Assembly (NCBI RefSeq): GCF_006345805.1
Contig: NC_043013.1
Location: forward strand, 46,934,001-46,998,000
DNA length: 64,000 bases
Reading direction: 5' to 3'
Origin: Octopus sinensis
Taxonomy: Eukaryota
Positions 24,680 through 36,768 of this stretch are shown here, in pieces. A program made the position numbers and the translations under genes. Under the pieces are notes generated by a model. It was not told the DNA's origin. It searched no databases and saw only the letters and a program-made list of their open reading frames with translations. How positions within the stretch are numbered: position 1 is the first letter of the stretch; each line of letters starts with the position of its first letter.

Positions 24680-26010
24680 ATTACATTCTGAGTTCGAATT
24701 CCGTCGAAGTCGACTTTTCCTTTCATCCTTTTGGGGTAGATGTAATAAGTGCCAGTTGAACAATGGAGTCGATGTAATCGACTGACCTTCTTCCCGAAAT
24801 TGCTGGCCTTGAGCCAAGATTTGAAACTAGTTTTATTATTATTATGAAGGCGGTGAGCAGGTAGAATCGTTAGCACGCCTTTCAAAATGCTAAGCAGCAT
24901 TTCGTCTGTCTTTACATCTGAGTTCGGGGTCGACTTTACCTCTTATCCTTTCGGATTCGATAAAATAAGTACCAGTTGGTCCTAGGGTCGTTTGCATTAA
25001 CTCCCGAAATTTCTCGTCTTGTGCCATAAATGGAAACTATTATAAAGTAGTGTGGTTATATAAAGTTTTTGTGATTCCAATAGTCTCTTTCATGCCTTAA
25101 ATAAAAGTTCCTTTAAAGTTTAAATGAACATTTCTTTAGACCATCGGTCTAACCGCTTAAATATACCAAACTCTGAAAAATAATTCAATAAATAAATTAT
25201 TCATTTTATTCCTTTTATTTCACGTTATATCTCCATCTGCCTTCGTCTGATGCTTGCTCACTGTTGCTGTGTATATTAAATGGGTTAGAAAAAAAATGAA
25301 GTGAGTATTATTCTTAATAATCGGTGGTTCTCAGAATCCCGGGTTCATTTCCCGTCTGGTGCAAATCGTTTTTTTTTTTATAGACGCATGTGTGGATGTA
25401 TGGCAAGAAGGCGGCAAGCTGGCAGAAAGGTTAGCATTCCGGGCGAAATGCTTTGCGGTATTTCGTAACCGCTACGTTCTGAGTTCAAATTCCGCTGAGG
25501 TCGGCTTTGCTTTTCATCCTTTCGGGGTCGATAAATTAAGTACCAGTTACGCATTAGGGTCGATTTAATCATCTTAATCCCTTTGTCTGTCTATGTTTGT
25601 ACCCTCTATGTTTAGCCCCTTTTGGGCAATAAAGAAATAAGAAGCTTGCTTCCCAACCACATGGTTCTGGGTTCAGTCTCAGTGCGTGGCACCTTGGGCA
25701 AGTGTCGACTACTATAGCCTCGGGTCAATTAAAGCCTTGTGAGTGGATTTGGTAGACAGAAACTGGAAGAAGTCCATCTATATATATGTGTGTATGTGTG
25801 TTTGAGTGTGCGTGTGTGATTGTCCTCCACAATCGCTTGACAACCAGTATTGGTGTGTTTATGTACCAGTAACGCAGCGGTTCGGCAATAGATGGCAGTA
25901 AAATAAGTACCAAGCTTTTAAAAAATAAGTACTGGGGTCGATTTATTCGACTAAAAGTTCTTCAAGGCGGTGCCCCAGCATGGCCGCAGTTTAATGACTG
26001 AAATAAGTGA
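24680..26010 (+). mobile_element. SINE cluster: family A (24680-25045, 25413-25638) and a family B CORE-type copy (25640-26010)
   Basis: Family B shows GGGTTCAGTCTCAGTGCGTGGCACCTTGGGCAAGTGTC (CORE-like) and the GGCGGTGCCCCAGCATGGCCGCAG tail. Confidence 0.85.
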
Positions 26011-26812
26011 AAAAAAGAAGAACACTCACATTTGAAGTGAATCGAACGGCTTTTGTGTGTTTCTTAAATGGCTTACAAACACCTTCCACGCTGCAATTGT
26101 TTTCGTTCCAGCACACGATCTCAGATCAAATCACTTGCTATGCGAGTACATCTCCGTAATATTAAAGATATATATTTAATTAAACTGGGGCGAACAAGGA
26201 GCATGCAGTGCTGTAACATTGAGGTTTTGCTAGCGGTAGATTGTTTAAGGAAAAGTAAAATCATACCAGTAACAAATATGTTAGGAGAAAACGGGATTTG
26301 CTAAGTTCTTAAATCTGCACACATCAGTTTGAAACTCCTCTTCATATGAGAAAAACATGACAAGGTTTTCGAGAATTCTGATCATGATAGGGCAAAAGTT
26401 TAGAAACGGATGTGACGGTCTAGAGTTTTAGTTTGAGGATGCTGATTTTGCGAGCAAGCAAAGTAAGTGTTGGATTGCAATGTAAATTAATTTAATGTTT
26501 GCAGTGAAATAAGGAAAATTAAAACTATAGACTGTTTCTTGTTTGGCTGCAGCTTAAAACATTTCGATTTTGTATTTGTTTTTCAACGGACCTGATGTGA
26601 AATTCTTAACACTATTTCACTTCAAGTATTTTGTAAGAGAAAACGGTTACACTGAAAAGTTACATTTTCGTGTTTCTGACTAAATAATTATATAAGAAAA
26701 GGCAGTGGAGTCTGGAAAATAACATATTTTCCTGTTATTACAGCTTCCTAAAGTTTAGAAGTGATAATTCTCTTCTTAAAACTTTTATTTTATTTACTTA
26801 TTTATTTTTCAG

Positions 26813-27014
26813 AATGTAAATTTTTAAAGGCAAAATGCCAGGAGATTCTGAAATCTTGTCGTAGAAAGGATACTTGAAAACTTCAAAGAACTGGAGTGTA
26901 CACGAGTAGCACATTTGCAGTTTGCCCGCATTAGCCGAACACAAGTAATGGTAGTCTTTTGAATTAGAAACGACAAATTGTCGTTTGTACTGATGTTAAC
27001 CTTGGTACAATAAA
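26813..27014 (+). other. Candidate terminal exon (unverified)
   Basis: Strong acceptor TTTATTTACTTATTTATTTTTCAG, phase-1 reading CKFLKAKCQEILKSCRRKDT* (stop at 26875-26877), AATAAA at 27009-27014. Confidence 0.2.
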
Positions 27015-28338
27015 GCATGAAGTCAGTTTTGAAAAAGAATTATAGGTGAAAGAATATAGTATTGATAACATCCGATGAGGTAGTTTTCTCTGATCTGCAC
27101 TTACTGTATGACACTTATTTGCTAAAAATGTTGTTTTGTAATGAAATAGTTGATACGACATACGGTTTTTTTATTTAATTAGCCAGTCTACTACACCTAA
27201 CACAAGGGGTGAGATTGTGTGACTGGCATGCTGTTCTCTAAAATACTTTCAAACTTTTAGTCCCTCTGGGCCAAAACACTCCATTTTTCAGTAAACATTT
27301 CCAACTTTTATCCATATTTCTCTATTAAATATTTTAATATCTTTGATATATATCTTGAAAAATATGGAAAAAATAATTTATGCCTTAGTTTTCACTCGAT
27401 TAAGTAAAAATTTTTTTTAGGTAGTTCACATCTTTTGCAACCAAAACATTATATCAAACACGACATGAATTTACTCTAGTGCTGAGATTTTTTTTTCCTA
27501 CACATCTTTCAGTTGTTTTCCTTTTTCTTTACTACCAATGAGTTATTTACTATCCATTATTTTTATGCACCACTTTTTACTCATCCTGTTTTCAAATATA
27601 ACTTTTAAAATATTCTGAGAAAGATTTTTACGTTATGTCAAAAACATTTCTATTATATTTTTTTATTCAAATATCTTAATTTTCTATTAAATATATTATT
27701 ACTGCCGCCAAACTCTCTCTGATCTGCAGCTTTTACCACTTACCGTCTACAACGTAAAAATGGGATAATAAATTCATAATGACGATAGTAACGATAGATT
27801 TATATCTACTATATTATTCTTCATAAATACTTTAAGAATTTCACTTTTCAGTGAGACATGAAACTTTCCATCAAATATTCATTTTTATGTCGTTCATTTT
27901 TTATTGCTTTTTCCCGCGCCGCTGAATTTTAGACATTCAATCTGATAGCCGACATAGTTATTTTCTTTAAGACATCATTTCAAAGAACGTTTTCATCTAT
28001 TATTCATATTTTCACGTGAAGTTATTGGTCAATTGTTTATTATTCGAGAACTTGTCTGACAAAACTTCAAAAGACAGCAGGACACTGTAAACTGTCGTAG
28101 CATACACACTGATCCCAATAAAATAGGTCCAAAGTGACCCAGCATTAAGCTAGGCTAATCTAAATGTCGAAAGGGCATCTGATACATCTTTTTTAACTTT
28201 AAAGGTTTTTCGACATAAGATGAATTACACCATGTGATAAACGAGTCATATATAAATTAGCTTCTAATGAACTACATCCATCTCTCGCTCATTAACGGAC
28301 TCTTTCCTTGAGGGAATTTGGTGAAAGTAATTATGAGG

Positions 28339-28620
28339 CTGTCGATTTCAACAAAAGATCTCGACCGTGTCGGGCAAGTGAGTCTCTTGCCAAACCTTCC
28401 TGGCAAAGCCTCGATCCACCTTTCCTCTCTTGGGTCACTAACTTTCAATAAGATCATCCTATTACCACATGCGTCGACAAAGTTCTTTTTGTCCCCTATT
28501 CTGTTAAGTTCTGTGTGTCTCAGTTTTCAAATTCTTTCTATGCAGCTATGGCTTTCCACCACTTTCAGTAACACTTATTCTTACGCAGATGACACTACCC
28601 ACCATAGCATCCTTCAACAG
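28339..28620 (+). pseudogene. CR1/Jockey-like reverse transcriptase fragment
   Basis: LSISTKDLDRVGQVSLLPNLP (cf. LDISKAFDRVWH..LL.KLP), FLSPIL (cf. GSVLSP.LF) and YSYADDTT (YADD at 28582-28593), in the correct order but with internal deletions. Confidence 0.7.
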
Positions 28621-28638
28621 GCGGAGAAAAAAATTGTA

Positions 28639-29748
28639 ATGGAGACCGAACCAGCAAATTACCACAGTTGTGCGTCTGCAACTGGCAGAGGAATAGAAGT
28701 AGAAGCTTTGGAAGTTCGAGAAGCTAAAATTGAGCCAAAAAACCTGAAAGAATGCGGCAAGCTATTGGAAAAGGAAAGCCACAACCTTAAATTGACGCCG
28801 CCAGTTGACTTAACAAATGGAGTTAAGAAAAGAACAGTGATATACAAAACACGGAAGGTATCTAAAAGGATAATCGAAATAGCTACGATAGAAGATATTG
28901 AGAAGTGTTTAAAAGAGGTCAAAATGGTCGCCAAGTTTATAACAACAGGAAGAAGATATGGAACCGTGGCGGTGTGATTCGCAAGCAAAGACGAAGCGAT
29001 AAAGCACTCCACTGATGCCATACAGACAGAAGAGTGGGCGCTCCGACCAACATACTGTGGCAAGCGAGTTGTCAGAGTGAGGGTGGGAAAATTGCCACCG
29101 GAGTTGAATGAAAGATGGTCAGTTGCCGCAGTCATGTACAATATAGAGGAGGATGTGAAAATCTTGAGAGTAACAAGAACGAAAATAATGAACTATTGGG
29201 GATATGGAATCGAGATGGCAGTGAAAGCAAGTGTTAGTGACATAAATAAAATTCCGGAAGAAATTATCCTACCCGAAGATATGAGATTGACAGTAGTAGT
29301 GGAGGGTAAGCCTCCCATATGCTACCTGTGTGGCGAGAAAGTCCACATGAAGGCAAGATGCCCCCAGACAGAAGAGAAGGAACAACAGATGGAACAGTCT
29401 GAGGAGCAGAAGAGGGTGTGACTATGTGATGCAGGAAGATGAGAAGGAGACAACAGGAATAGAGGAGAAATTCGAAGTGGTTAAAAAACGAAAGAGGAAA
29501 GAAAGAGTGTGCTCTCCGTCGGAGAGACAGAAAAAAGATAAAAAGAAGCAGATAAAGAGGTGTGGAAGGAAATCGTAAAGGAGGTTGAAAAGAAAGTTGT
29601 AAAGGATGTTGGAAAGGAGGTCGAGAAATAGGTAGAAAGGGAGGTTATGGAGGACGAGATAGAAGCAAGCACACTAGAGAACTTTTGGGGAGAGCAACGA
29701 GAAGAAACAGTGATACTAACCAGGATGGATGTGAACTTCACACAGTGA
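28639..29748 (+). pseudogene. ORF1/gag-like nucleic-acid-binding protein pseudogene (RRM-like + CCHC zinc knuckle), copy 1
   Basis: ORFs 28318-28977 and 29077-29421 share a frame and are separated by a single TGA. CYLCGEKVHMKARC (29320-29361) is C-x2-C-x4-H-x4-C. A charged C-terminus with FEVVKKRKRK follows via frameshifts. Confidence 0.85.
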
Positions 29749-29934
29749 AAAATATATAAAAATAGATTCTGAAGAAAAAAATGTCTGATAAACTCTAACA
29801 TAGAACTGAACTACACACGGTGAAAAATAATATACACACAGTGAAAAATATATAAAAATAGATTTTGAAAAAAATGTCTGATAAATCTGGAACTCTAACA
29901 CAGAACTGAACTATACACAGTGAAAAATAATATA
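29739..29934. repeat. 96-bp tandem duplication downstream of gag copy 1
   Basis: CACACAGTGAAAAATATATAAAAATAGATT at 29739 and 29835. Confidence 0.85.
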
Positions 29935-30131
29935 AGCCCGTTTGAAGGATTGAAGTCAAGTCGCTGTATGTTAATAGCACTACAGGTAAACAATGTAGAC
30001 TGGTACTACCTGCGGCATTTTGAAGAAAAAAAAAATATAATTCTGTGTGGAACAAGAAAAATCTAAATAAGAAGAGGAAAATAATTCTGGTTAGAAGAAA
30101 AAGAAAAGAAAAATAATAATGTTATACTTCA

Positions 30132-30833
30132 GCAGCTGGGAAACGTGCAGATTCGCTAGAAGTGCGAGAAATAAAAATTAAACAGAAGGGGCTGAAGGAA
30201 CACTTCAAGCTGATTCAGAAGGAGGGATCCAGTTTAAAGCTGACTCCTCCAGGAAATTTAGTACCTGATAACATTCTATACAAGAGGTAGATAATATGGC
30301 ACAGGGGAGGTGAGATTTGCCAACGAACAGGAGGCAACAAATCACTCCACTGTGACGCTGAAGACGGAAAGATGGGTCCCCCTACATACCTATTGCGGCA
30401 AAAGGGTCGCCAGAGTTAGAATAGGTAGAGTACCACCAGAAATCAAAGAAGCGTGGCTGGTGCAGCCGTAATAGACAAAACTGAGGAAGACGCCAAAATT
30501 CTAAAGGTGACAAGGACAAAGAAATTAAATTGTTGGGGATACGGATTAGATACGGTCATCTAGGTCGGACAAGATCTAAATGAAATCGCCGAAGAAATAA
30601 TAGTACCGGATGACATAAGACTGGGAGTGGTGGTAGAAGGAAGGCCACCAACTTTCTATCAATGCAGCGAAAAAGGACATATTAGGATAAAGTATCCTCA
30701 GAGAGAAAATAAAAACTAGGGAGGCCAACAGGAGCAGAATGCCGAAGTGTCGGACCTAGAAAATGAAAAATGCACGAAAGTGGAAGAACCATTTCCGGAG
30801 GTAACCAAAAGAGAAAAAAAAGAAAAGAAATAG
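30132..30833 (+). pseudogene. ORF1/gag-like pseudogene, copy 2 (diverged paralog)
   Basis: SLEVREIKIKQKGLKEHFKLIQKEGSSLKLTPP, EVRFANEQEA, TYCGKRVARVRIG, KILKVTRTKKLNCWGYG and VVVEGRPPTFYQCSEKGHIRIKYP align collinearly with copy 1; the knuckle has decayed (C>F, C>Y). Confidence 0.85.
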
Positions 30834-30859
30834 TGAAGTCAGATGAGGATGTTAATATA

Positions 30860-31215
30860 GCAGGAGTCGATAAATCAAGTACTAGTTGCGTACTGGGGGC
30901 CATCTAAGCGACTGGCCCTCTCCCCAAAAATTTCGGGCCTTGTGCCTAGAGTAGAAAAGAATATTTATTTCTTTACTACCCACAAGGGGCTAAACACAGA
31001 GAGGACAAACAAGGACAGACAAAGGGATTAAGTCGATTACATCGACCCCAGTGCACAACTGGTACTTAATTTATCGACCCCGAAAGGATGAAAGGCAAAG
31101 TCGACCTCGGTGGAATTTGAACTCAGAACGTAACGGCAGACAAAATACGGCCACGCATTTCGCCCGGCGTGCTAACGTTTCTGCCAGCTCACCGCCTTAG
31201 AGTAGAAAATAATAT
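30860..31215. mobile_element. Family A short-tail SINE (+) with a long-tail family A SINE (-, 30966-31196) inserted in its tail
   Basis: 18-bp TSD TAGAGTAGAAAA(G/T)AATAT at 30947-30964 and 31198-31215. Confidence 0.85.
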
Positions 31216-31865
31216 AGCAGACTAGTCAGAATCCATTTTTTTCTGGATTGATATTAGATTTTCGTTTATTCCTTTATAAACCAGTATTACTAATAGCAGT
31301 GTGACGAAAAGAACGTTTATTAGCGTTGGATATATTTGTATGAATAGTTACGAATTAACTTCAGTTTTAAATTAAGGTAATTAATAATCTGCTTAATAGA
31401 AGTGTAATTAAATAAATTAGTGATGTCTAGCAAATTACTGAACGGTAGTAATTATAAATTTGCTGGTGTCTGATACAAACTATGCATGTGGTTGTGTGTT
31501 TATCTACGTGTTCACATATGTGCGGGTGAGTGTTAATTTGTCCTTGTGCTTGTTCCCTGTCACCGCTTGACAAACGGTGTTGGTATGTTTACGTTCCTGT
31601 AACTTAGCGGTTCGGCAAAAAGAGACCTATAGAGTAATACCCAGCTTAAATATAATTGCTGGGCTCGATTCGTTCAACTAGAAAATTCTTCAAGTTAGTG
31701 CCCCAGCATGGCCGCAGTCTTATGACTATAAAATATAAAAGACATAAAGATATAAAAAAAAAACAAAGATAAAGAAATGTCCCTGTAATCATGTCCCAGG
31801 GTTAGAAAAGTCTTTCGAAGTCTCGGTGAGATCAGAATTCAGAACGTGATAGATCCGTTAGTAAA

Positions 31866-32102
31866 TACCTATTTCTTTACTACCCACAAGGGGCTAAACA
31901 CAGAGAGGACAAACAAGGACAGACAAACGGATTAAGTCGATTACATCGACCCCAGTGCGTAACTGGTACTTAATTTATCGACCCCGAAAGGATGAAAGGC
32001 GAAGTTGACTTCGGCGGAATTTGAACTCAGAACGTAATGGCAGACGAAATACGACTACGCATTTCGCCCGGCGTGCTAACGATTCTGCCAGCTCACCGCC
32101 TT
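31866..32102 (-). mobile_element. SINE family A, long-tail variant
   Basis: Near-consensus full-length copy. Confidence 0.9.
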
Positions 32103-33362
32103 CAGTAAATACCGCAAGGTAATTTGTTCGACGCGCTAACGATCCAGAGAAGTTAATTTCTCTATAATGGATCATGATTCCGATTTCCACTGAACAATTA
32201 CACAATCATCAGGATTGCGTAATTGCTCATCATCAGAAGCATTAGCAGTTGGTCTTCTGTACTGGCGGGAGGGACACAATTTAGTCCTTAGAGGAACAAT
32301 GCCTGAGAAAAGGGTGGAGTGATTTGGGCTGAAACGCTATTCATACTTTGTCTATTCAGCCAGGGCTGACCTGGGACTAAACATTAAAAACCCTCTATAA
32401 ACAAAACAAGGGCATAGCTTACTCTAATTCTAACCTTGCCCTTAGGCAAAGCATAATCTTTTCTGTTGTAGCAGTCAGATTCGATTCCAAATTCTAGAAA
32501 GGAAAGAAAAAAAAATTCTAAATCAATTTGTTTTTTTCTAAATTTATCGCCTTATACATACATGGAAATAAGAATCATGCTGAAAATATATACAATTACG
32601 TTTCCAGCCTTTTTATTTTGTTTACTTAATTTACGTTCTGGTGTTTTATATTCCTTGAAAAAGTCACAGGAGCATATTTATGTTAAAAGGTCTTACGATG
32701 TGAGTGAGAGGAAAAGGGAGGGAAAAAGAGAGAGAGAGAGAGCAAAGTAAAAAAAAAACATTTAAGCCTTTGCTTTATTTCTAGGTTGAAAGCATTTCAC
32801 GAAAGAATTGTTAAATATGGTGAAACTGGACTAAATTGATTTAACATTGGAAATGCTCATCTCTTTAAACCATTTCCTCGCTTCGTTGCATCAGTATGAA
32901 TCAAAGTAATTTTCTTAACACATCAAATCACCTAATTCAATTAGCAAATAACTGTGGTCATATGAATGTATGGTTCAGCTGAACAAGTCGGTTTTGTCTC
33001 TATGTGTATATGCGTACTAATGTGTTTGTGCATGTGTGTATGCAGGCTTCTGTAAATATTTGTATGCGAATATTTTGCGTGCGCCCTTTGAGAAATAATC
33101 ACATGTTAAGTTGTTTGAAAAATTTTATACATGTCTATTTTTTTTTATATGTTATTTTTTTCTGTGTTATAAATACTTGGCTAAATCAGTATGGTGAAAT
33201 TATAGTTGTTTACATAGATTGTTGTTGTTGTTGTTGTTGTTGTTCTTGTATGCGCTCTTATTGATCCCTATAGTACTGCCGGATCTATATTGATCTCTGA
33301 TATTATTTCACCACTAATCTTGTTGTTGATATTTTAGTTGTTGTTATTAGTGATTCAGCGGC

Positions 33363-33419
<57 letters not shown>

Positions 33420-33440
33420 TACAATAATAATAATAATGAA

Positions 33441-33481
<41 letters not shown>

Positions 33482-33563
33482 AAATAATAATAATAATAAT
33501 AATGAAAATAATAATGAAAATAATAATAATAATGAAAATAATAATAATAATAATAATAATGAA

Positions 33564-33604
<41 letters not shown>

Positions 33605-33642
33605 TAATAATGATAATAATAATAATAATAATAATAAATAAT
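33363..33642. repeat. (AAT)n microsatellite with ATGAAA interruptions
   Basis: Directly visible. Confidence 0.95.
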
Positions 33643-33903
33643 GACAATATATTCTATAGGATTTTGACATCCAGACAGAGAGAGCAATTGAAGAGAGCAA
33701 TTATCTTTATACATGTCATAAACAAAGGAAACTGTCTCATAATAGACGTCGCAATTCCCCGAGACAAAAAACATTGTAGACAAACAAGGAGAAAAGATTT
33801 CGGGGTAAGCTGAATTGAAAGTGAAAGTAACTAGGATATTCTTGTACAAATCCTAATCTCATATACAAAACAGAAGCCTATCGTACCATCAGAAGCGGTT
33901 AGT

Positions 33904-34282
33904 GGAGGCGCAATGGCCCAATGGTTAGGGCAGCGGACTCGCGGTCGGAGGATCGCGGTTTCGATTCCCAGACCGGGCGTTGTGTGTGTTTATTGAGCGA
34001 AAACACCTAAAGCTCCACGAGGCTCCGGCAGGGGGTGGTGGCGACCCCTGTTGTACTCTTTCACTCCAACTTTCTCTCACTCTTTCTTCCTGTTTCTTGT
34101 CCCCGACTTCCTACGCAACCGCTGAGCCTGGATGCGCATTCATCCATCCGTCGATGCTCTTGATGTCGGGGGTTGACCTGCTTTCTCTTCTGCGGGTCTT
34201 ATGAATAGCAAAGACCACGTTTCGGAATTCTCCTATCTTGCGATCTCTGGGACCGTTCGCTCAACAACAACAGCAGCAACAG
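33904..34282 (+). mobile_element. Full-length SINE family C with tail type 2
   Basis: tRNA-like head GGAGGCGCAATGGCCCAATGGTTAGGGCAGCGGACTCGCGG...GTTTCGATTCCC; (CAA/CAG)n tail; TSD CATCAGAAGC(G/A)GTT at 33887-33900 and 34283-34296. Confidence 0.9.
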
Positions 34283-35525
34283 CATCAGAAGCAGTTGGAA
34301 AGATTCAAATGCAAGTGCTCCAAAATTTTCCCTCCTTGAAAGACCACACACCCTTAGAAAATTACTTTTTGCGTAAACAAACATATATTAATGCTTGACA
34401 GTGAGCGTATAAAAAAAAATACCAATAATATCTGACATTTCTTACTCCGCAGTATCACGTAATAATTCTTTCTACAATAGGCGCATGGCCTGATATTTGA
34501 TGGGAGGAGGTAAGTCGATTACTTCGACCCCAGTATTCAACTGGTACATATTTGGTAGACGGAAACTGAAAGAAGCCCCTCCTCGTATATATGTATATGT
34601 TTATATATATATGTGTGTGTGTGTATTTGTGTGTCTGTGTTTGTCCCCCTAACATCGCTTGACAACCTAGTGCTAGTGTGTTTACGTCCCCATAATTTAG
34701 CGGTTCGGCAAAAGAGACCGATTGAACTCAGAATCTGGGGTTAGTAGGCCGCGCTCTTAACCACTACGCCATATGCCCGTGACATATGGCGTAGTGTTAA
34801 CAACAAACAAGATGAGGACAAATATCCGTAAAATGTAAATAATGTAAATAACGTACATAATTCCTCATCTCTTAAATATAGAACTGCATGTTGTGTGTTG
34901 TTCTGCTCTCCGGATGAACAAGAAAGGGTTCACATCTATGGTTTATGTATGGTAAGTTCTGTTGCCATGATTTAAATTAAATTATGGCAACAGAACTCAG
35001 TTTTATACAGAGTTTTGTTTAATATTCAATGTGAATACGGTTGATGATTTATTACATTTCCAGTTTTTGTATTTTGCTGGTGTCTATTTTTTATAACCCT
35101 TCATATATTTCACAAGTCTGTTTTCAGTAATGTTATACCTCATATCTACTCATATGTCTAGGTGATAGTGTTGCTACATACTAGGAATGCAACACTTCAA
35201 TTTAGTTTTCATTGTTCAGCGTTCTGTTTCATTGATTTCCTTTGACATCTGATAGGGACAGACACACCTTTGTGTTTTGGAGTTCACCTCATGAGAGAAC
35301 CACTGCTGAACCTCATACTAAGGTATTTTCGAATCGTGATTGCAAATAAACTTACAATATGGAGTTCAACATACACTAAGAGGACCCGGAAGGTTTCCAT
35401 GGGGAACAGGATTTACTCATCTTCACTATAAAATCACAGATAGTGAGCACTATCACCTCTGCTTTCGCCACTTCCATTACAATACACAAACCATTGTCAA
35501 AACCCACCACTTATACAAACCATCT

Positions 35526-35846
35526 CTTACTCCGCCGGTTACGACGACAAGGGTCCCAGCTGATACGATCAACGGAACAGCTTGCTCGTGAAATTAACGT
35601 GCAAATGGCTGAGCATTCCACAGACACGTGTACCCTTAACGTAGTTCTCGGGGATAATCAGCGTGACACAGAGAGTGACATGGTTGCCCCTTGGAAATAC
35701 AAGTACAACTCATTTTTGCCAGCTGAGTGGACTGGAGCAACGTGAAATAAAGTGTCTTGCTCAAGGACACAACGCGTCGCCGGGAATCGAACTCACAACC
35801 TTACGATCATGAGCCGAATGCCCTAACCACTAAGCCACGCGCCCTC
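35526..35846 (-). mobile_element. Full-length SINE family E (different tRNA head, CORE-like body) with tail type 1
   Basis: Head GAGGGCGCGTGGCTTAGTGGTTAGGG...GAGTTCGATTCCC; 3' part matches the tail of 6123-6509; TSD ATACAAACCAT at 35513-35523 and 35849-35859. Confidence 0.85.
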
Positions 35847-36519
35847 ACATACAAACCATACTCATGCATTCAAACGTAACTTACGTTTTGAATCATGTTT
35901 TTTTTTATCTTTCATTGTTAGCCATTTCACTGCCGTCATACTGTGGCAGTGCCTTGAAGGGTCGAATGAATCGATCTCAAGAACATTTTTTCGGTCTCCT
36001 ACTTGTTCTATCAGCCATTTTGCCGAACCGCTAAGTTACAGGGGTGTAAGCAAACAAACACCAGTTCTCAAACGGTGGTTAGGGACAAAAAGAAATCATT
36101 TTCACTAATTCCAAGGAAGTTTAACCAGTTTCTACTTTATGAAACGTCAGCATGCCTTAAGTAAAACAGTTTCTAATAATCTAATACTCTGTTTTTAATC
36201 TCAGTAAGGAGACGATAATAGTTTCCCGTAACCCGAGATACGTGGATCTACAATTTCTTGCTGGACAACGTGCACAAATGATTTGTTTCTAGTGATCAAG
36301 CGTATGTGTTGTACATTAGCTCACACACTCTATAAAATCGGTGTTACCTCAACAGGTGCACAGTGTACCACACGATCGAAGGTCAACGTGAGGTTAAATG
36401 CTTTGCTCAAAAACATAACGCAACAGCTAGTCTAGTAATTGAAACCACGAACTTGCGAGCAACATCCAAACCAATTGGCTATGCACCCTCGATACAGTAA
36501 TAGGATATTCATTTACTTG

Positions 36520-36721
36520 TTTCAGTTATGTGACTGTGGCCATGCTGGAGCACCGCATTTAGTCGAACAAATCGACCCCAGGACTTATTGTGTGTAAGCC
36601 TGGTACTTATTCTATCTGTCTCTTTTGCCGAACCGCTAAGTTACGGGGACATAAGCACACCAACATCGGTTGTCAAGCAATGGTGGGAGGAACAAAGAGA
36701 GAGAGACATACACACGTAAAT

Positions 36722-36768
<47 letters not shown>

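Noticed and set aside
33303-33849. Poly-I/L/Y ORFs (also 42420-42707)
   Set aside because: Translations of (AAT)n.
33904-33980. Functional tRNA gene (also 6440-6509, 35770-35846, 48121-48195)
   Set aside because: A and B boxes are present, but the acceptor and anticodon stems do not pair and each continues into a SINE body, with a TSD visible for most copies.
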